64,000 bases of DNA from positions 186,001-250,000 of the forward strand of contig CBFDEM010000017.1 of assembly GCA_965603825.1 (NCBI GenBank). The letters are read 5' to 3'. This document shows, one piece after another, positions 22,632 to 34,993 of the stretch. The notes beneath the pieces were generated by a model that was not told the DNA's origin, did no database searches, and saw only the letters and a program-made list of their open reading frames with translations. Position numbers and translations under genes: made by a program. Each line of letters begins with the position of its first letter. Position 1 is the first letter of the stretch. The stretch is from Blepharisma stoltei ATCC 30299 (lineage: Eukaryota; Protista; Ciliophora).

Positions 22632-24719
22632 ATGGCAAACGGTTCAGATCTTCACAAATTTACCGAATTAGGAAAAATAAACGAAGTTAAATGTTTGATA
22701 GAAAGATACCCTTTTGATCCACCAACTATATCAAAAGCTTTATGGACAGCCCTTAACATAGGATCTCCAATTCATATAGAAATCGCGAAAATTTTGCTTC
22801 CTAGGGCATCACCCAACTATAGAGATAGTAGCGGGATTTCTTTTTTAATGAAAGCAGCAAAAATAGGAGACTTTGAGCTTGTAAGGATGTTGATTGAATT
22901 GAAATGTAGCAGTGGAGCTCTTGATAGAGAAAAAAAAAGTGTTCTGACACATGCATTAGAAAAACATGGAGACGACCCTATAAGAATTGTCTCATTTCTG
23001 CTGTCTAATGGAGCTAATGCAAATGTTCCGGACATACAAGGGTTTACACCTCTTCATTTTGCTGCGCAAAATGGCTTTGTGGATTCTGTAAATGAATTAA
23101 TTGAAAGTCGAGCTGATATTAACGCGAAAAACATAAATAATGATACCCCTTTGCATTTGGCTGTGAGGAATAATTATAGAAATTGTGTTGAATTACTATT
23201 AGAAAGAGGAGCAAATATTAGGATTCAAAATAACGTAGGAAAAACTCCGATTAATGAAGCCCAAGGCAATATTTTTAACTTGCTCACAGGTTACGGACAA
23301 CGAAAAGAAGAAAATAAAAAAGATAACAATAAAAGCAAAGGAAAAAACAACAGAGTCAAAAATTACAGAAAAAGAGAAAACCATGAAAAAAGCGCTGAAG
23401 AAATGGCAAATGGGAACGCTCCAATAATCCACTCCTGCTTGAGATGCAAAAAGACTAATGAATTATATTGCATTTCTTGTGCCAGAGAGCTCCTCTCACA
23501 TTCCTCAGAAGAAGAATTCAAAATTTTGATCCCTGAAAAAGGATCAATTGAAGATGAAAACAGAAAACTTAAAAATGAGCTTGAAAAAGAAAGAAAAAAC
23601 AAGAAAAAGCTATTGGATAAGCTAAAAGCTTTAGAAAAAGCAAATTCACAGTCCCCTGCTGCAAGTGAAGAACCTCAAGTTGATGATAGGCTATACTCTA
23701 TAAAGCTTGCTAACCAGCCTAACCCTTCTTTGTTTATGAGACCAGTAACAGTGCACACTCATGAGATTGTGATGCAGCATCTTCAGCAAGAATGTAAAAA
23801 ATTTCTTAATGACCTTTCTAATTGGGCAAGAAAATCAGATAGCTCATATAGAGAAGTTGTGGAGATTATATCTGCAAATATAAAAGAGGAATTTCCTGAC
23901 AGTGAGGTAAAAATCTACGGCTCATTCGAAACAAACCTCCATCTTCCTCATTCTGACATTGACCTTGTCATCACAAATTTAACAATTTCTCCATCCCAAG
24001 TGCTACAATCCCTTATTCCTAAGCTAAAATCTCTTGAAATTGTCGAGAGCATTGATGATATTTTAACTGCTTCAATTCCTCTTTTAAAAGTGAAAACATT
24101 GTACAACACAAGAGTGATACAAGTAGACATATCTGTACAAGACTCTAGACATAGTGGCTTGGCTTGTTCAGATTTTGTTAAAAGTTTGCTAAAACAGTAC
24201 CATACACTTCGCCATGTGACTTTATTGTTTAAGCAGCTTATTTATTTTTCTAATTTCCATGAGCCATTTAAGAGAGGGCTGAGCTCGTATGGGCTTTTGT
24301 TGATGATTACTTGGTATTATCAGTCACAAGGGCCTGAATGGATTGCAGATTTTGGCAATGATTCTCATAAGGTAGCAGATATTTTTGTAAAAATTTTGTA
24401 TTTTTATGGATATGAGTTTGATTATTCAAGGAAAATTGCTGTGAATAACCCAGAGCTTCCTAATTTAAGAGATACTTGAATTAATACAGTAATGAGTAAG
24501 TAGTCCCCTGGAGTTCTATGCATTTGTGACCCATTGAATCCTCAAAGTTATATAGCTTCAAATACAGACATTGAGCGACTATTGGTAGTCCATATTTAGA
24601 ATATATTCCAAGTTGCCTATTTTAATATATGAAGACCTGCAGTGTGTTCATGTCCTGAAGGGCAAAAGATCTATGAAAAAATGCTTTATGAGGCAAGAGC
24701 TTCTTCAATCTATAGTTAG
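22632..24719 (+). CDS. Ankyrin-repeat TRF4/TENT4-type non-canonical poly(A) polymerase / nucleotidyltransferase (685 aa)
   Basis: N-terminal ankyrin repeats (TPLHFAA, TPLHLAV), CxxC-x6-CxxC, coiled coil, YGSF.TNL.LP.SDIDL, VDIS, GLSSYGL and PAP-associated ICDPLNP. Introns 24489-24503 and 24585-24599; TAG at 24717-24719. Confidence 0.88.
24489..24503 (+). other. 15-nt intron gtaatgagtaagtag
   Basis: Removes an in-frame TAG and restores the ICDPLNP motif; A at position 10. Confidence 0.85.
24585..24599 (+). other. 15-nt intron gtagtccatatttag
   Basis: Removes an in-frame TAG, giving LL-NIFQVAY (PAP C-terminal helix); A at position 10. Confidence 0.8.
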
Positions 24720-24771
24720 TGTAGTTTTAGGGAAATTTATATAAAAATAAATATAAAATATATATAAAAAA

Positions 24772-25014
24772 TTAATAATTTCCAGTAGCTGAATTGCTCT
24801 TAATATCTTGCAGAGTAAGCTCAAATTCATTCATAGTTTGAGTCATTTCTTGATACTTTTCTAGAACGGAAACTAAAAAACAATTGTTTGCCTCGATGAT
24901 GGCTAAAACAGTTTCATATGAAACTTCACTATTATTTGCTGGGGAACTATGGACATTCCCATTGTTTGAAGAATTGTTGAAGTCGTCTGGATCAGAGCTT
25001 TGTGTATGGCACAT
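24772..25014 (-). CDS. Small hypothetical protein (80 aa)
   Basis: ATG-TAA ORF with an Asn/Ser-rich N-terminus and helical C-terminus; no recognisable family. Confidence 0.4.
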   Translation of the reverse strand: MCHTQSSDPDDFNNSSNNGNVHSSPANNSEVSYETVLAIIEANNCFLVSVLEKYQEMTQTMNEFELTLQDIKSNSATGNY

Positions 25015-25629
25015 TAATTATGTAATGGGTATCAAGCAGTGTTCATTGAAAAAATATGGCTATCCTTTCTTTTATAAAGAGATTTCTAGAAAGCAGAATG
25101 GAGAATTTTAAAGAAATTTAATTCAATAAGTTTTGCTAAGGCTGCTCTAATTAAATATTCGACTTATAAGAAATATCAGCAACTCAGCAAGATGCTTATT
25201 TCTTAAGCAAATATTATTGATATTAAGCATCTTGGCTTGCTAGACACGAAAAATTATAAGAAGCTGAAAATTTAAGTTTTTAAGCGTTTTAAATGCATGT
25301 CTCTATTAAACTCCCAGAGAATCTCTCATAAAATTGTTATTGCACTCAGTTTTTCTTCTATATCAGATTTTCTATTTCCAATTTTGAATTGGCTACAATT
25401 TAATTGCTCTTTTACTTTGCCTTAGATTAATGTCCCTATTTAGACAATTACTCAACAGATTAAAATTTTAAGATATATAGTCCATTGACTAGAAAGCTAT
25501 AGAATGGCTCCAATGCTATGCTTGATACTTAATAATAAAATTTTGACCCTTAGAAGTATCTTATTAATCAATTGAAAACATCTAACACCTTTTCCATCTC
25601 CCTATTTTTTAAAAATATCCTAAATCTAC

Positions 25630-26391
25630 TTATTCAGTTAGCTTGTCTTTTAGATGTCTATTTTGATTGCTAGATCCACGCATATACTTCAGCTTCTCAA
25701 CCTTTACCTTCGGATCATAAATATGTGATAAATCTGGCTTTTTAATTTCTTTTCTCTCTGGCTCTCCCTTCATTTTTTCCCTTTCAGGCTTAACTCTATC
25801 AGGTGGGATTTCATACATTTCTTCTTCTTTATCACTTTCCCAGAGCCCTACTTCCCTTAATTCATTGATTCTTTCTAGAGACGGCAGCTTTGGCTTGTTA
25901 TATTTAGGCTCAAATCCTTTTCTCCATTGAAGCTCTTTTCCTTTTGCTGCTTTATAAACTTCTTCTATAGGAGGTAATGGCTGCCCAGGCGCAAGGACAA
26001 CTCCTTCTTTCATAGCATTGTCAAAAGCTTCAAGATTATGTGACTTGGCTTCTAGCCCTAAATTTGTTTGGATTTTTACTTCATCTATTATAGCTTTGAA
26101 GGATAATGGTTCATTTTGAGCCAAATTTGAAAGGATTTTGCGGTCTAGTTCGATGTTGGAGTGGTTTAGGCCATAGATAAATCTTGAGTATGGTAAGCCG
26201 TGCTCGCGCACGGCTGCGTTAATGTTAATTATTCAGCTACTTTTCATGTTGCGCTTTTTAAGCCTTCTTTCGATGTAGGCAAACCGAAGAGCTCTGTCCA
26301 CACGAGGAATTACCAATGAAAGACAGTTTTTGCCTCTGCCGTAGTAGCCCTTGGCAAGTTTCAAGAACTTGGCTTTGCTGAAATGTCCCAT
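25630..26391 (-). CDS. MRPL20: Mitochondrial ribosomal protein bL20m with long C-terminal extension (253 aa)
   Basis: LKLAKGYYGRGKNC...AYIERRLKKRNMKSS(W)IININAAVREHGLPYSRFIYGL....IELDRKILSNLA. TGA sits at the invariant L20 Trp. Confidence 0.92.
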
Positions 26392-26452
26392 GAAAAATAA
26401 TTATGGATTAAATAAAGCTATAAAGAAAATAATTAGCCTATTACTCTAATCT

Positions 26453-28474
26453 CTACAATTCAGGAAGATTCTCTAGCAGCCCTTTGAGCTCTTCAACAGC
26501 TTCTAAAAAGGCTTCATATATTCCTTTTTCTGCAAAAATCCCTACAGTGTGAGCATTGTGGCTTGAGATTAAATATTCATACCCTTCAAACACAAAATTT
26601 TTAGCCTCATCAAGCCATTTTTCGACAGTTTTCAAAATTTCTTTTTTTTTGATAGCGAAATGTTTGACTACTACATCAGTAAACTCAATAGGCGGATTCT
26701 GAATAATAGCGGACATGGCATATTTTATGTTTCCATATCTGACAATCATGATGTATTCCATGTTTTCTTTGCTGTCTATTGAGTAGCCTTCATAGGAAGG
26801 TTCTTTTTGAATGACTGCTTGGTTCATGACTAAAGCTTGTATTGATAAAAATACTTGGAGGAGGGTGCTATAGCTTGGGTTCCACATTTCTTCAGGATCA
26901 CCGTCTCAGGTGTTTATTACTGATAGACAGACGTAGCCAGTGTCATACAGGTTAGGGTTAAATCGATGTAAACCGTTTCCAGTAGTTTTTATAGTCATAA
27001 GAGGTGGGCTGTTAGGATAGTCTTGAGGTAATTTTATATCAAATAAAAAGAGCCCATGCTCATATGGAGTATCCTCAGTGCCTGAGATTAAGGCTTTTAT
27101 TCTGCTCATATTCGAGCTATCCATACCTATAAAAACAGCTCCAGAGGGCTCACATGGCAAACTTCTAGTCAATGCTTTAATTTCTTTATTAATCCTCGCA
27201 AGCCCTTGCTGGTTAAGTGTGCTTGCATCATAACAATAAGTCGTCGCATTTTGGGCATCCCAATCGGATGCATTAAATCTATGGTCTCCTAAGTGTTGAA
27301 AATAAGGATGTACAGATTCTGGGGCTTGTGGATCAGAAGACGATGGCTCTCTCATCAAAATTGTCGGTAAATTCAGATTTCCCGCTTCATAATCATCTCC
27401 ATACATCATCGGCTGAGCTTCAATTTCATTAATATATACATTCACAGACCCATATCTCTCAATAAATTCGTCTTGCAGCTCTCTCGCGACTCTCTGCAAT
27501 GCATTTGCATATCCTTCACTTTTCAGTGCTAAATACAAGCTTTCATTATACCCTGCAGCCATATCGTCCATTGTATATTCAATGCCCTGTCCTCTGGCAT
27601 CTTCTAGCCAATTATTAATATTTTTCAAAATTTCATTCCTTTTTATCCTGAAATAATTTTCCACAACATTTTCAAAGCCTTTTGGAGGGTTCCTCAAAAC
27701 ATCTATCATTGTGTGCTGTATAGTGGCGTATTTTATTATATTTTGGTAAATAATGTTGTCAATTGAGTCTTCTGCCATATCTGAGCAGCTGGGCTCTTTT
27801 TGGATTACTTGGTTGTCCATGACTAAAACTTGGATTGAGAGAAGGACTTGTAGTAGGTTTTTGTCAGGGCTTCACATTTCTTCAGGATCTCCTGACCAAG
27901 TATTTATAATTGATAAGCAGACATATCCATTATTGTAGAGATTCGGATTAAATGCGACGGTATTTACCAAACCTGTATGCAAGCTCATAACAGGTGGGAA
28001 ATTGGGATAAGTGTTAGGGACTGCTATATGAAACTCAAAAAGTCCATGCGCGTATGGGGTTCCTTCAGATCCTGCTACTAGTGCTTTCATAAGCTTCATA
28101 TTAGCTGAATCTACTCCTATAAAAATAGAATAACTTGAAGTGCACGGCAAGCCTCTGGTCAGCACCTTTATTTCTTTATTCAGTCTTTTAGTCAGTGTTG
28201 GAGCTATTTCACTATCAGCGTCAGCTAATAAGTCATGATTTTGAGATAAATCACTGATAAACTGGACAATGTAATTTTGCAATAATCCGAAATCTAAGAA
28301 TTTGTCGCTTTCTTGCTTTGCTTCTTCTTCAGGAGCAGTGTGAAAAGAGTCTTCTTGTGAAAGACTAGAAGATCTTGATAAGTTTTCTTCTAAAGGAGCT
28401 GAAGATTTAGATGAATCCATCTTAAGTATATTAGCTGCCATATTAGGCCATCTGATAGACAGGGAGGAAAACAT
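26453..28474 (-). CDS. Tandem double-UBC ubiquitin-conjugating enzyme (BIRC6/UBE2O/UBE2Z-type), ~673 aa
   Basis: Three ORFs joined in frame by TGA at 27872 and 26906. Two full UBC domains, each with GxxxTPYxHGLFxF, FNPNLYxxGYVCLSxINTW and LLQVxLSIQ. Start may be 28441. Confidence 0.9.
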
Positions 28475-28595
28475 GAAAAACGATGTTATAAAAAATTAAA
28501 AATAAATTCAAAGAATGTTTTCGAAATTTTTGTAAGGTTAGGTTTGGGGATTTAATAGAAAATAGTAATTATTGATTGTTTGTTATGGGAATTTT

Positions 28596-29900
28596 TTAAA
28601 CTATTTTATTATTTGTTTTAATAAGTTTTGCTTCTTTATATTCTCTGATGGAAATTGGGATGAGCAATAAAAGTGAGATAAATGCTGCAATAAGCATAAA
28701 CACAAACGCATACATCCAATCAAAAGAAGCCAGATATCCGATTAGTATTTGCCCAAAGGCTGCTCCTAGTCCTCCAGTGCCATCCACAATTCCAGCAACA
28801 GTTGCCAAAGCTTCTTCGTTTCCTTCTAAGTGTTCATGCTTTCCTATATCAATAGGCACTGCTGCTGATATCAAATGTCCAGCAGTCCCTGCTAAAGCTC
28901 CAAGTAATATACAAACTCCAAAAATTAAGTACCATAAATCATGTGGGACTATATGAAAACACCATATAGTTGGTATCGAAAACAGCATAATTAAGCAAAG
29001 TGTGGGCCCTCTTGCTTTAAGTTTATCAGTAAGCCACCCGAACCCAAAAGCTCCAACTATGCTTGCAATGTCATAAATATTTGCCATAAACCCTATATAT
29101 CTTTTGTCGATATTATATTCGTCATCTAAGAAATAAGGAAGCCACATCAGTATTGCGTAGTTAAGCATTTTCACACATGCATAGCATAAGGAGTAATAAA
29201 GGACCCCTGGAAGTCTCCAAGCCTTCCAAAAGTTTATACCATTTTTGAAAATAATTTTATTTTCCGTCATGGATTTTGATAGTAAGGCTTCTTCAGCTTC
29301 ATGCTCTGGTGGCCTATCTTTTCCATAAAACCAAAACATTAGTCCTACACAAATCATGAAAGTTGCTGAAATACTGATAATGATTTCCCAAGAAACTCCA
29401 TAAACTAATAAAAATCCCGCCATTTGAGCTCCTAGCAAGTGTCCGACTGAAGTATTTGAGCTCCAAAAGCCAACAATTCGTCCTGTTTTGTCTCTTGGGA
29501 ACCAGTTTCCCATAATGGCGACTGATGCTGGCCACGCTGATGACTGAAATGCTCCTTGTAGGCCAAATAAAATTGCAAAAATCCAAGGGTTGCTGAAATT
29601 CAGTTTTCCTAAAAGGGCATTAATAAAGTAAGCGCAACCACCTAAACCAATGCCGATTGATGTTATTGCGGATAATGATGTGTGATCGCCAAGATTTCCA
29701 CTGATAAAATTCCCTGTAGCATAGCATAGTAAAAATGTGAAATCCATCACTCCTAGCCATGTAGAATTCATCGATAAATCTGCTCCTACCTCAGGTTTAA
29801 CCATTGACCAGCTTTGAATTGCTGTATGTCGTGATGCGATTGCTAGGTAGGTTATTGTAAAAGTTCATATCCTTGCATGAAGATGAGGGATTGGTTTCAT
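28596..29900 (-). CDS. SLC37/GlpT-type MFS sugar-phosphate transporter, copy A
   Basis: FQSSAWP, MGNWFP, GFWSSNTSVG, KMLNYAILMWLP, VAGIVDGTGGLGAA. Start extended to 29900 through a TGA. Confidence 0.9.
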
Positions 29901-30374
29901 CTTTTATAACAAAAAAAGAACTTAAATTTTAAATCTGCAACATTTCAGAAGAAGATTGAAGTTAATTATTTCCCCTCTGGATACTTATCGGGTGCCTCGG
30001 TCATTCTTATCCATCTTTTTTAATTCAAGATGTACAGCGTTTTCGAAATGAAATCTTATTTTTATAATTTGATTTAGGATAAAAAATTTTAAAAATTATA
30101 TTTGAGATCTATTTTCTTAGCAAACTGCAATTGCAATTTAATATTAAAATTTTTTAATTTATTTTAAAATAATGATATTATGAAATTCATTTAACTTTAT
30201 TTTAAATTTAATGCTTAAAAGCCTCACATATATATCAGTTTTTCAAAAAATAGAATTCTTTTAGATATTTTCGGCAACTCCTACCTAATGATCTTATATA
30301 TTTGACAGTAAAAAACCTAAATAAATGAGTTTATGAAATGTGAAAATTAGGTTAAGAATCTCTTATATTTTAAA

Positions 30375-31691
30375 TTACTCCAATTTAATATCCGTTTTAT
30401 CATTTCCATCACTTTGATTTTTATGCACTAAATCTTTATACGCAATCGGCATCAGCAGAATTGCTGAAAGGATTGATGTAATGACCATAAATATGAATGA
30501 ATACATCCAATCAATACTGGCCAAGTACCCAATAAGTATCTGTCCAGCTGCTGCTCCTAATCCTCCAGTCCCATCAATAATCCCCGCCACAGTTGATAGT
30601 GCTTCTTCACTTTTATCGAGATCTTCATGCTTCCCAATATCAATAGCCACTGCACTTGTTATCAAATGTCCTGCAGTTCCTGCAAAAGCTCCTAATATAA
30701 AGGATAATATGAAAAACAGCCATCAAGCATCATAAGGAACTGCGTAAAAGCACCAAATGGTCGGAATCGTAAGAAACATAATTAAAAAGAGTGTTGGCCC
30801 TCTTGATCCCAGTTTATCTGTCACCCAGCCAAATCCAAAAGCACCTATCAAGCTGGCTATGTCATAAATATTTGCCATAATCCCTACATATTCACTATTC
30901 ATATCATAAGAATCAAATAAATAATAAGGAAGCCACATTAAAATTGCATAATTTAAGGTTTTCACACAGGCATAGCATAGGGAATAATTAATGACCCCTG
31001 GGAGAAGCCATGCTTTCCAAAAGCTAATCCCTTTTTTATCAGTCGAAAACCTGCTTTCTGATTGCTTTTTTATTAAAAGCATTTCGGTTACTGAGCTATC
31101 TGGCTTATCTTTTCCAAAAAACCAGAATAATAGCCCAACAATTATCATAAATATAGCAGATATGCTGACTGTAATTTCCCATCGTACTCCATAATATATA
31201 AGTGCTGCTGCCATTTGAGCACCTATAAGATGTCCTGCAGATGAATTTGAACTCCAAAGTCCTACAATTTTTCCAGTGCTTGATTTCGGGAACCAATTTC
31301 CCATTATAGCTACAGTTGCTGGCCAAGCTGAAGATTGAAAAGTTCCTTGCAGACCAAATAATATTGCAAAAACTAATGGATTGCTGAAAGAAACTGCACC
31401 TAAAAGTGCATTAATCAAATAGACAAGTCCTCCGAGGCCAATTCCTACTGAAGTGATGGCTGATAAAGAAGTGTTGTCTCCTAGGGTCCCGCTTACGAAG
31501 TTTCCTATAGCATAACATAATAAAAAGGTAAAGTCCATAGCGCCCAGTCAGGTTGAGTTCATGTCAAGCGATTCTCCTATTAAAGGTTTGCACATAGCTC
31601 AGCTTTGAAGAGCAGTGTGCCTACTAGCAATTGCGAGGTAGGTTACAGTAAAAATCCAAATACGCTGGCATAGCATATTTGAATAATTCAT
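30375..31691 (-). CDS. SLC37/GlpT-type MFS sugar-phosphate transporter, copy B (tandem paralog)
   Basis: Colinear with copy A. Three TGA align with TGG in copy A. Confidence 0.9.
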
Positions 31692-31998
31692 TTACATTAG
31701 GACAAAGTTTGGCTTATTCATCATGAATTAACTTCTTCATCTTTTAATAACTGGATCATTTACCGAATAAAAATCATTCTTATTGCTTTGATTAAAATTA
31801 ATAAAATTATTCTTTACATCTAAATAATTAATATAAGCTGGAAAATATCTTTTACCTTAGCCATTAAAGCAAAATGTAAAATAATCATATTTTCCAATTT
31901 TCACTCGAAATCTACCAAGACCTTCTGAGCATTTTTCAAATACTAATTATAAACTAACACAAGTACTTTAGCTTCTATTTAAAATATTTATATTATAT

Positions 31999-32304
31999 TT
32001 AGTTCACCTTTGTTCCTCCTTGTCAAAACTCTTGGAGAGTGTTACAGCTTACTTCTTTCAGGCCATTTGCAGCCATTGGGGAAGCAAAGTATGAAGGGTT
32101 AGCGGATTTTTCCAATGCAGAAATTTCTTCTCTCACAGTGAATAAAGACACCTTTCTGTTATCGAGAAAGTCAAACAGACTTTCTGAATCATTGGAACTT
32201 GATCTGCTTCGAAGCGCTAAAATCAGCTGGGGCTGCGTATGTTCGGCTTCGATATTTTTCATCTTTTTAATTTTGGCTTTCCCTAAGGTCGGTGCGCACC
32301 CCAT
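31999..32304 (-). CDS. Small hypothetical protein with MGC dual-acylation-type N-terminus (101 aa)
   Basis: TGA at 32023 read as Trp extends the ORF to TAA at 31999-32001. Confidence 0.6.
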
Positions 32305-32749
32305 GATGTTATTTTACCATCTTACTACACTGTTGTGGATTTGATTTTTTGAATATTATTCCAAGATTAAAAAATAAATAATTCTGGGGAAAAGATAGAA
32401 GTGTGTGAGGGAAAAACCTTTATGTGTTGGATTTTTTACTTAATGATTTATTCATTTTAATTGGGTAGCAGTAATATTATTAGAGAATACATTTATGAAA
32501 TTATAGTGTAGTCTTATATTTGCATATTTTAACTTGGGATGCTATAATAATTTAAGATTAATTTTTTTTGATTTTTGAAGTCTTAACTTTAATAATCAAT
32601 TTTTTGTATGTCAATGCCGATTATGCTGCCATTTATTATTCATCATTATTCATCTAAAATATCAACTATAAAATGTCACAACAAATTTAATTAAATATAA
32701 AATTGCTCCTATTTCTATCAGAATTTGTTTTTCCAAATGAAATTAAATT

Positions 32750-34882
32750 TTAGTTGTCTTTTATATTATAATTTCTAACAGCTGGTTTTTTGGCTTGTGT
32801 TTTTCTTATACTAGAGCTTTTTAATTTTTCAGCTGTCAATTTTTGTGAAAGAGTTTCTCTTTCTGTGTTCTTTGAAGGAATAATAGGCTTAGCATATCCT
32901 TGAACAAGACTCTCAAAATTCTCTTGTTTTTCTTCTATGTCTCTTTCAGGGGTCATTTGAGCAATCTCTTCAAAATTCGCGTATTTTAAAAGCTGCCTTG
33001 GATTTGAAAATCCAGCTGAGGATCTGGCAGGAATTTCATTTTCTATATTATCAAGCGGAATTTCTGAAAATTCTTGATCAATTTCTCCATCATTTTTATC
33101 AGGTTTGAATAATTTTAATTCAGAATTAAGCTCAGAGCTTATTTGTAGCAGTTGATCTCTTTCTGATCGCAGCCTTGAAATTTCTCCTCTTAATTTTTCA
33201 TTCCTAAATACCATTTACATCATTTTTATTTCTTTTAACTCCATTTCGCATCTATTCTTTGCGCTAGCAATTTGGTCTCTTTCTGATTTCATTCTATTAT
33301 AATCTTGCTGAAAATCCTCAAGTTGGTTTTTCATATCAACATCCCCTGTAAAGCCTTTTTGGTTCATTTCTTCCATTGTTTTTCTCATTTGATAAATAAT
33401 TTCTTTATATTCCTCTATTTCATCTTCTAGCCTTCTTTTCTCACTGCCATTACTAATTGGGCTCATAGGCCTTACATTATTTTCAAATTTATTTATCAGC
33501 TCTTTTATTTTTTCTTCATACCCAAATTTAATTTTCTGTACATTATTTTCATCTCTTTTTAGCCTATCAATATCTGATTTTAATCCTTGTAGCTTAATTT
33601 CATTTTCTTGTAAATTTATCCTTAATTTTCTAACTTCTTCAGCATTTTGTTCAGCTTTTGATTTCCAATTTTGGATTTTTTCATTGCTGTTTTCTATTTC
33701 TTCTTGCTTATTTTTTATTTGAATTTTTAACTGCTTTATGGTTTCTTCAAGAGAAATGATGTCTCTTTTGTGGCTTTCCTCTATCATTATGAGCTCTTGT
33801 GCTGATTTTCTTTCTTGCTGGAGATGTTTTTCTCGTAGCTGCTGGCCTTTTATATATGATTTTTCAGATTCGTCTTCAGCTGCTGATAGTCTTTCTTGAA
33901 GTCGGTTTATTTGAGTTGTATAAGAAGAATTAAGTCTTTGAATTTGCATTTCGTTAGCTTGGTTGGTATATTTAAGCTCTTCTTCGTGGGCTGCTTTTAG
34001 TTTAGAATTTTCTTTTTCTAAAAACTGGGCTTTTAAAGACAATAAAGAAATTTCATTTTGCAGTTTAGACTTTGATTCTTCAAGCTTCTCTTGGAAATAT
34101 TTAACTTGCTCAATAAGCTTTTGTATTTGTTGATCTTTGTAATTTAACTGTGCCTCAAACTTAGCGATGTCTTGGCTGTATAGATCATCTAGCTCTTTTA
34201 ATTTTTCTTCAGTATCACAGTTTTTGTTTTTTATTTGAAATTCTTCTAATTTTTCGGTTTGAATTGATAATTTTGTTGTCAAATTTTTTATTTCTTTTTC
34301 AAGCTCAAGCACAATTTTACTATGAGTTTCTTCTTTATTTCTTAGCATCGCTTCATATTTTTCGACCAATGCTAGCTTGTTTGTTTTAAATTCCTCTTCT
34401 TTTTGTTTAATAATCCTTTCAGCTTCTCCATTCTCATCTCCAATTTTTAGCTTTAAATATCGAATTTCTTCTTCTTTTTGCCATTTAAATTCATTAAATT
34501 GAGCTCGTAAATCTTCCCTAGACTGGGTTAATAATTTTTCTTGGGCTTTTAATTTAGCAATTTCGCTTTTAAATTTTTGATCTTGTGAAGAATGATTTGC
34601 TTTTAATTCGCTTAATTCAGCATCTTTCTCTTTTACGATCTTCTTCAGTTTTTCAAATTTATTGTCAATTTCTGCGAGCTCTGAGTCTCTTTCATCAATT
34701 AATTGAACATTATAATTAAAATCTTCTTGCATTTTTAGCATTTTTTGGTTTAAATCTTCAATTATTAAATCTTTTTGTCGTAAGTTGTCTTCTAGCTGAA
34801 GGAGTCTTAATTTGCTGATTTCTTGGAGCTCTTTTTCTTTTTGAATTAGGACATCTGAAAGATTATGACCAAAAACTTCCAT
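32750..34882 (-). CDS. CCDC57-like centriolar coiled-coil protein
   Basis: N-terminal LIQKEKELQEI...MQEDFNYNVQLIDERDSEL motif. A 15-nt intron at 33204-33218 joins the two ORFs. Confidence 0.7.
33204..33218 (-). other. 15-nt intron gtaaatggtatttag
   Basis: Contains the in-frame TAA that separates the two ORFs; A at position 10. Confidence 0.88.
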
Positions 34883-34993
34883 AATTTAATTAGGCACTAC
34901 GGGGCGGCATTATAAGATTTATTATTTCTAAATATTTAGGTTTATTTATAAAAAATTGCCTAATGAAATATTTAATTTTATGAGAGCTTATCA

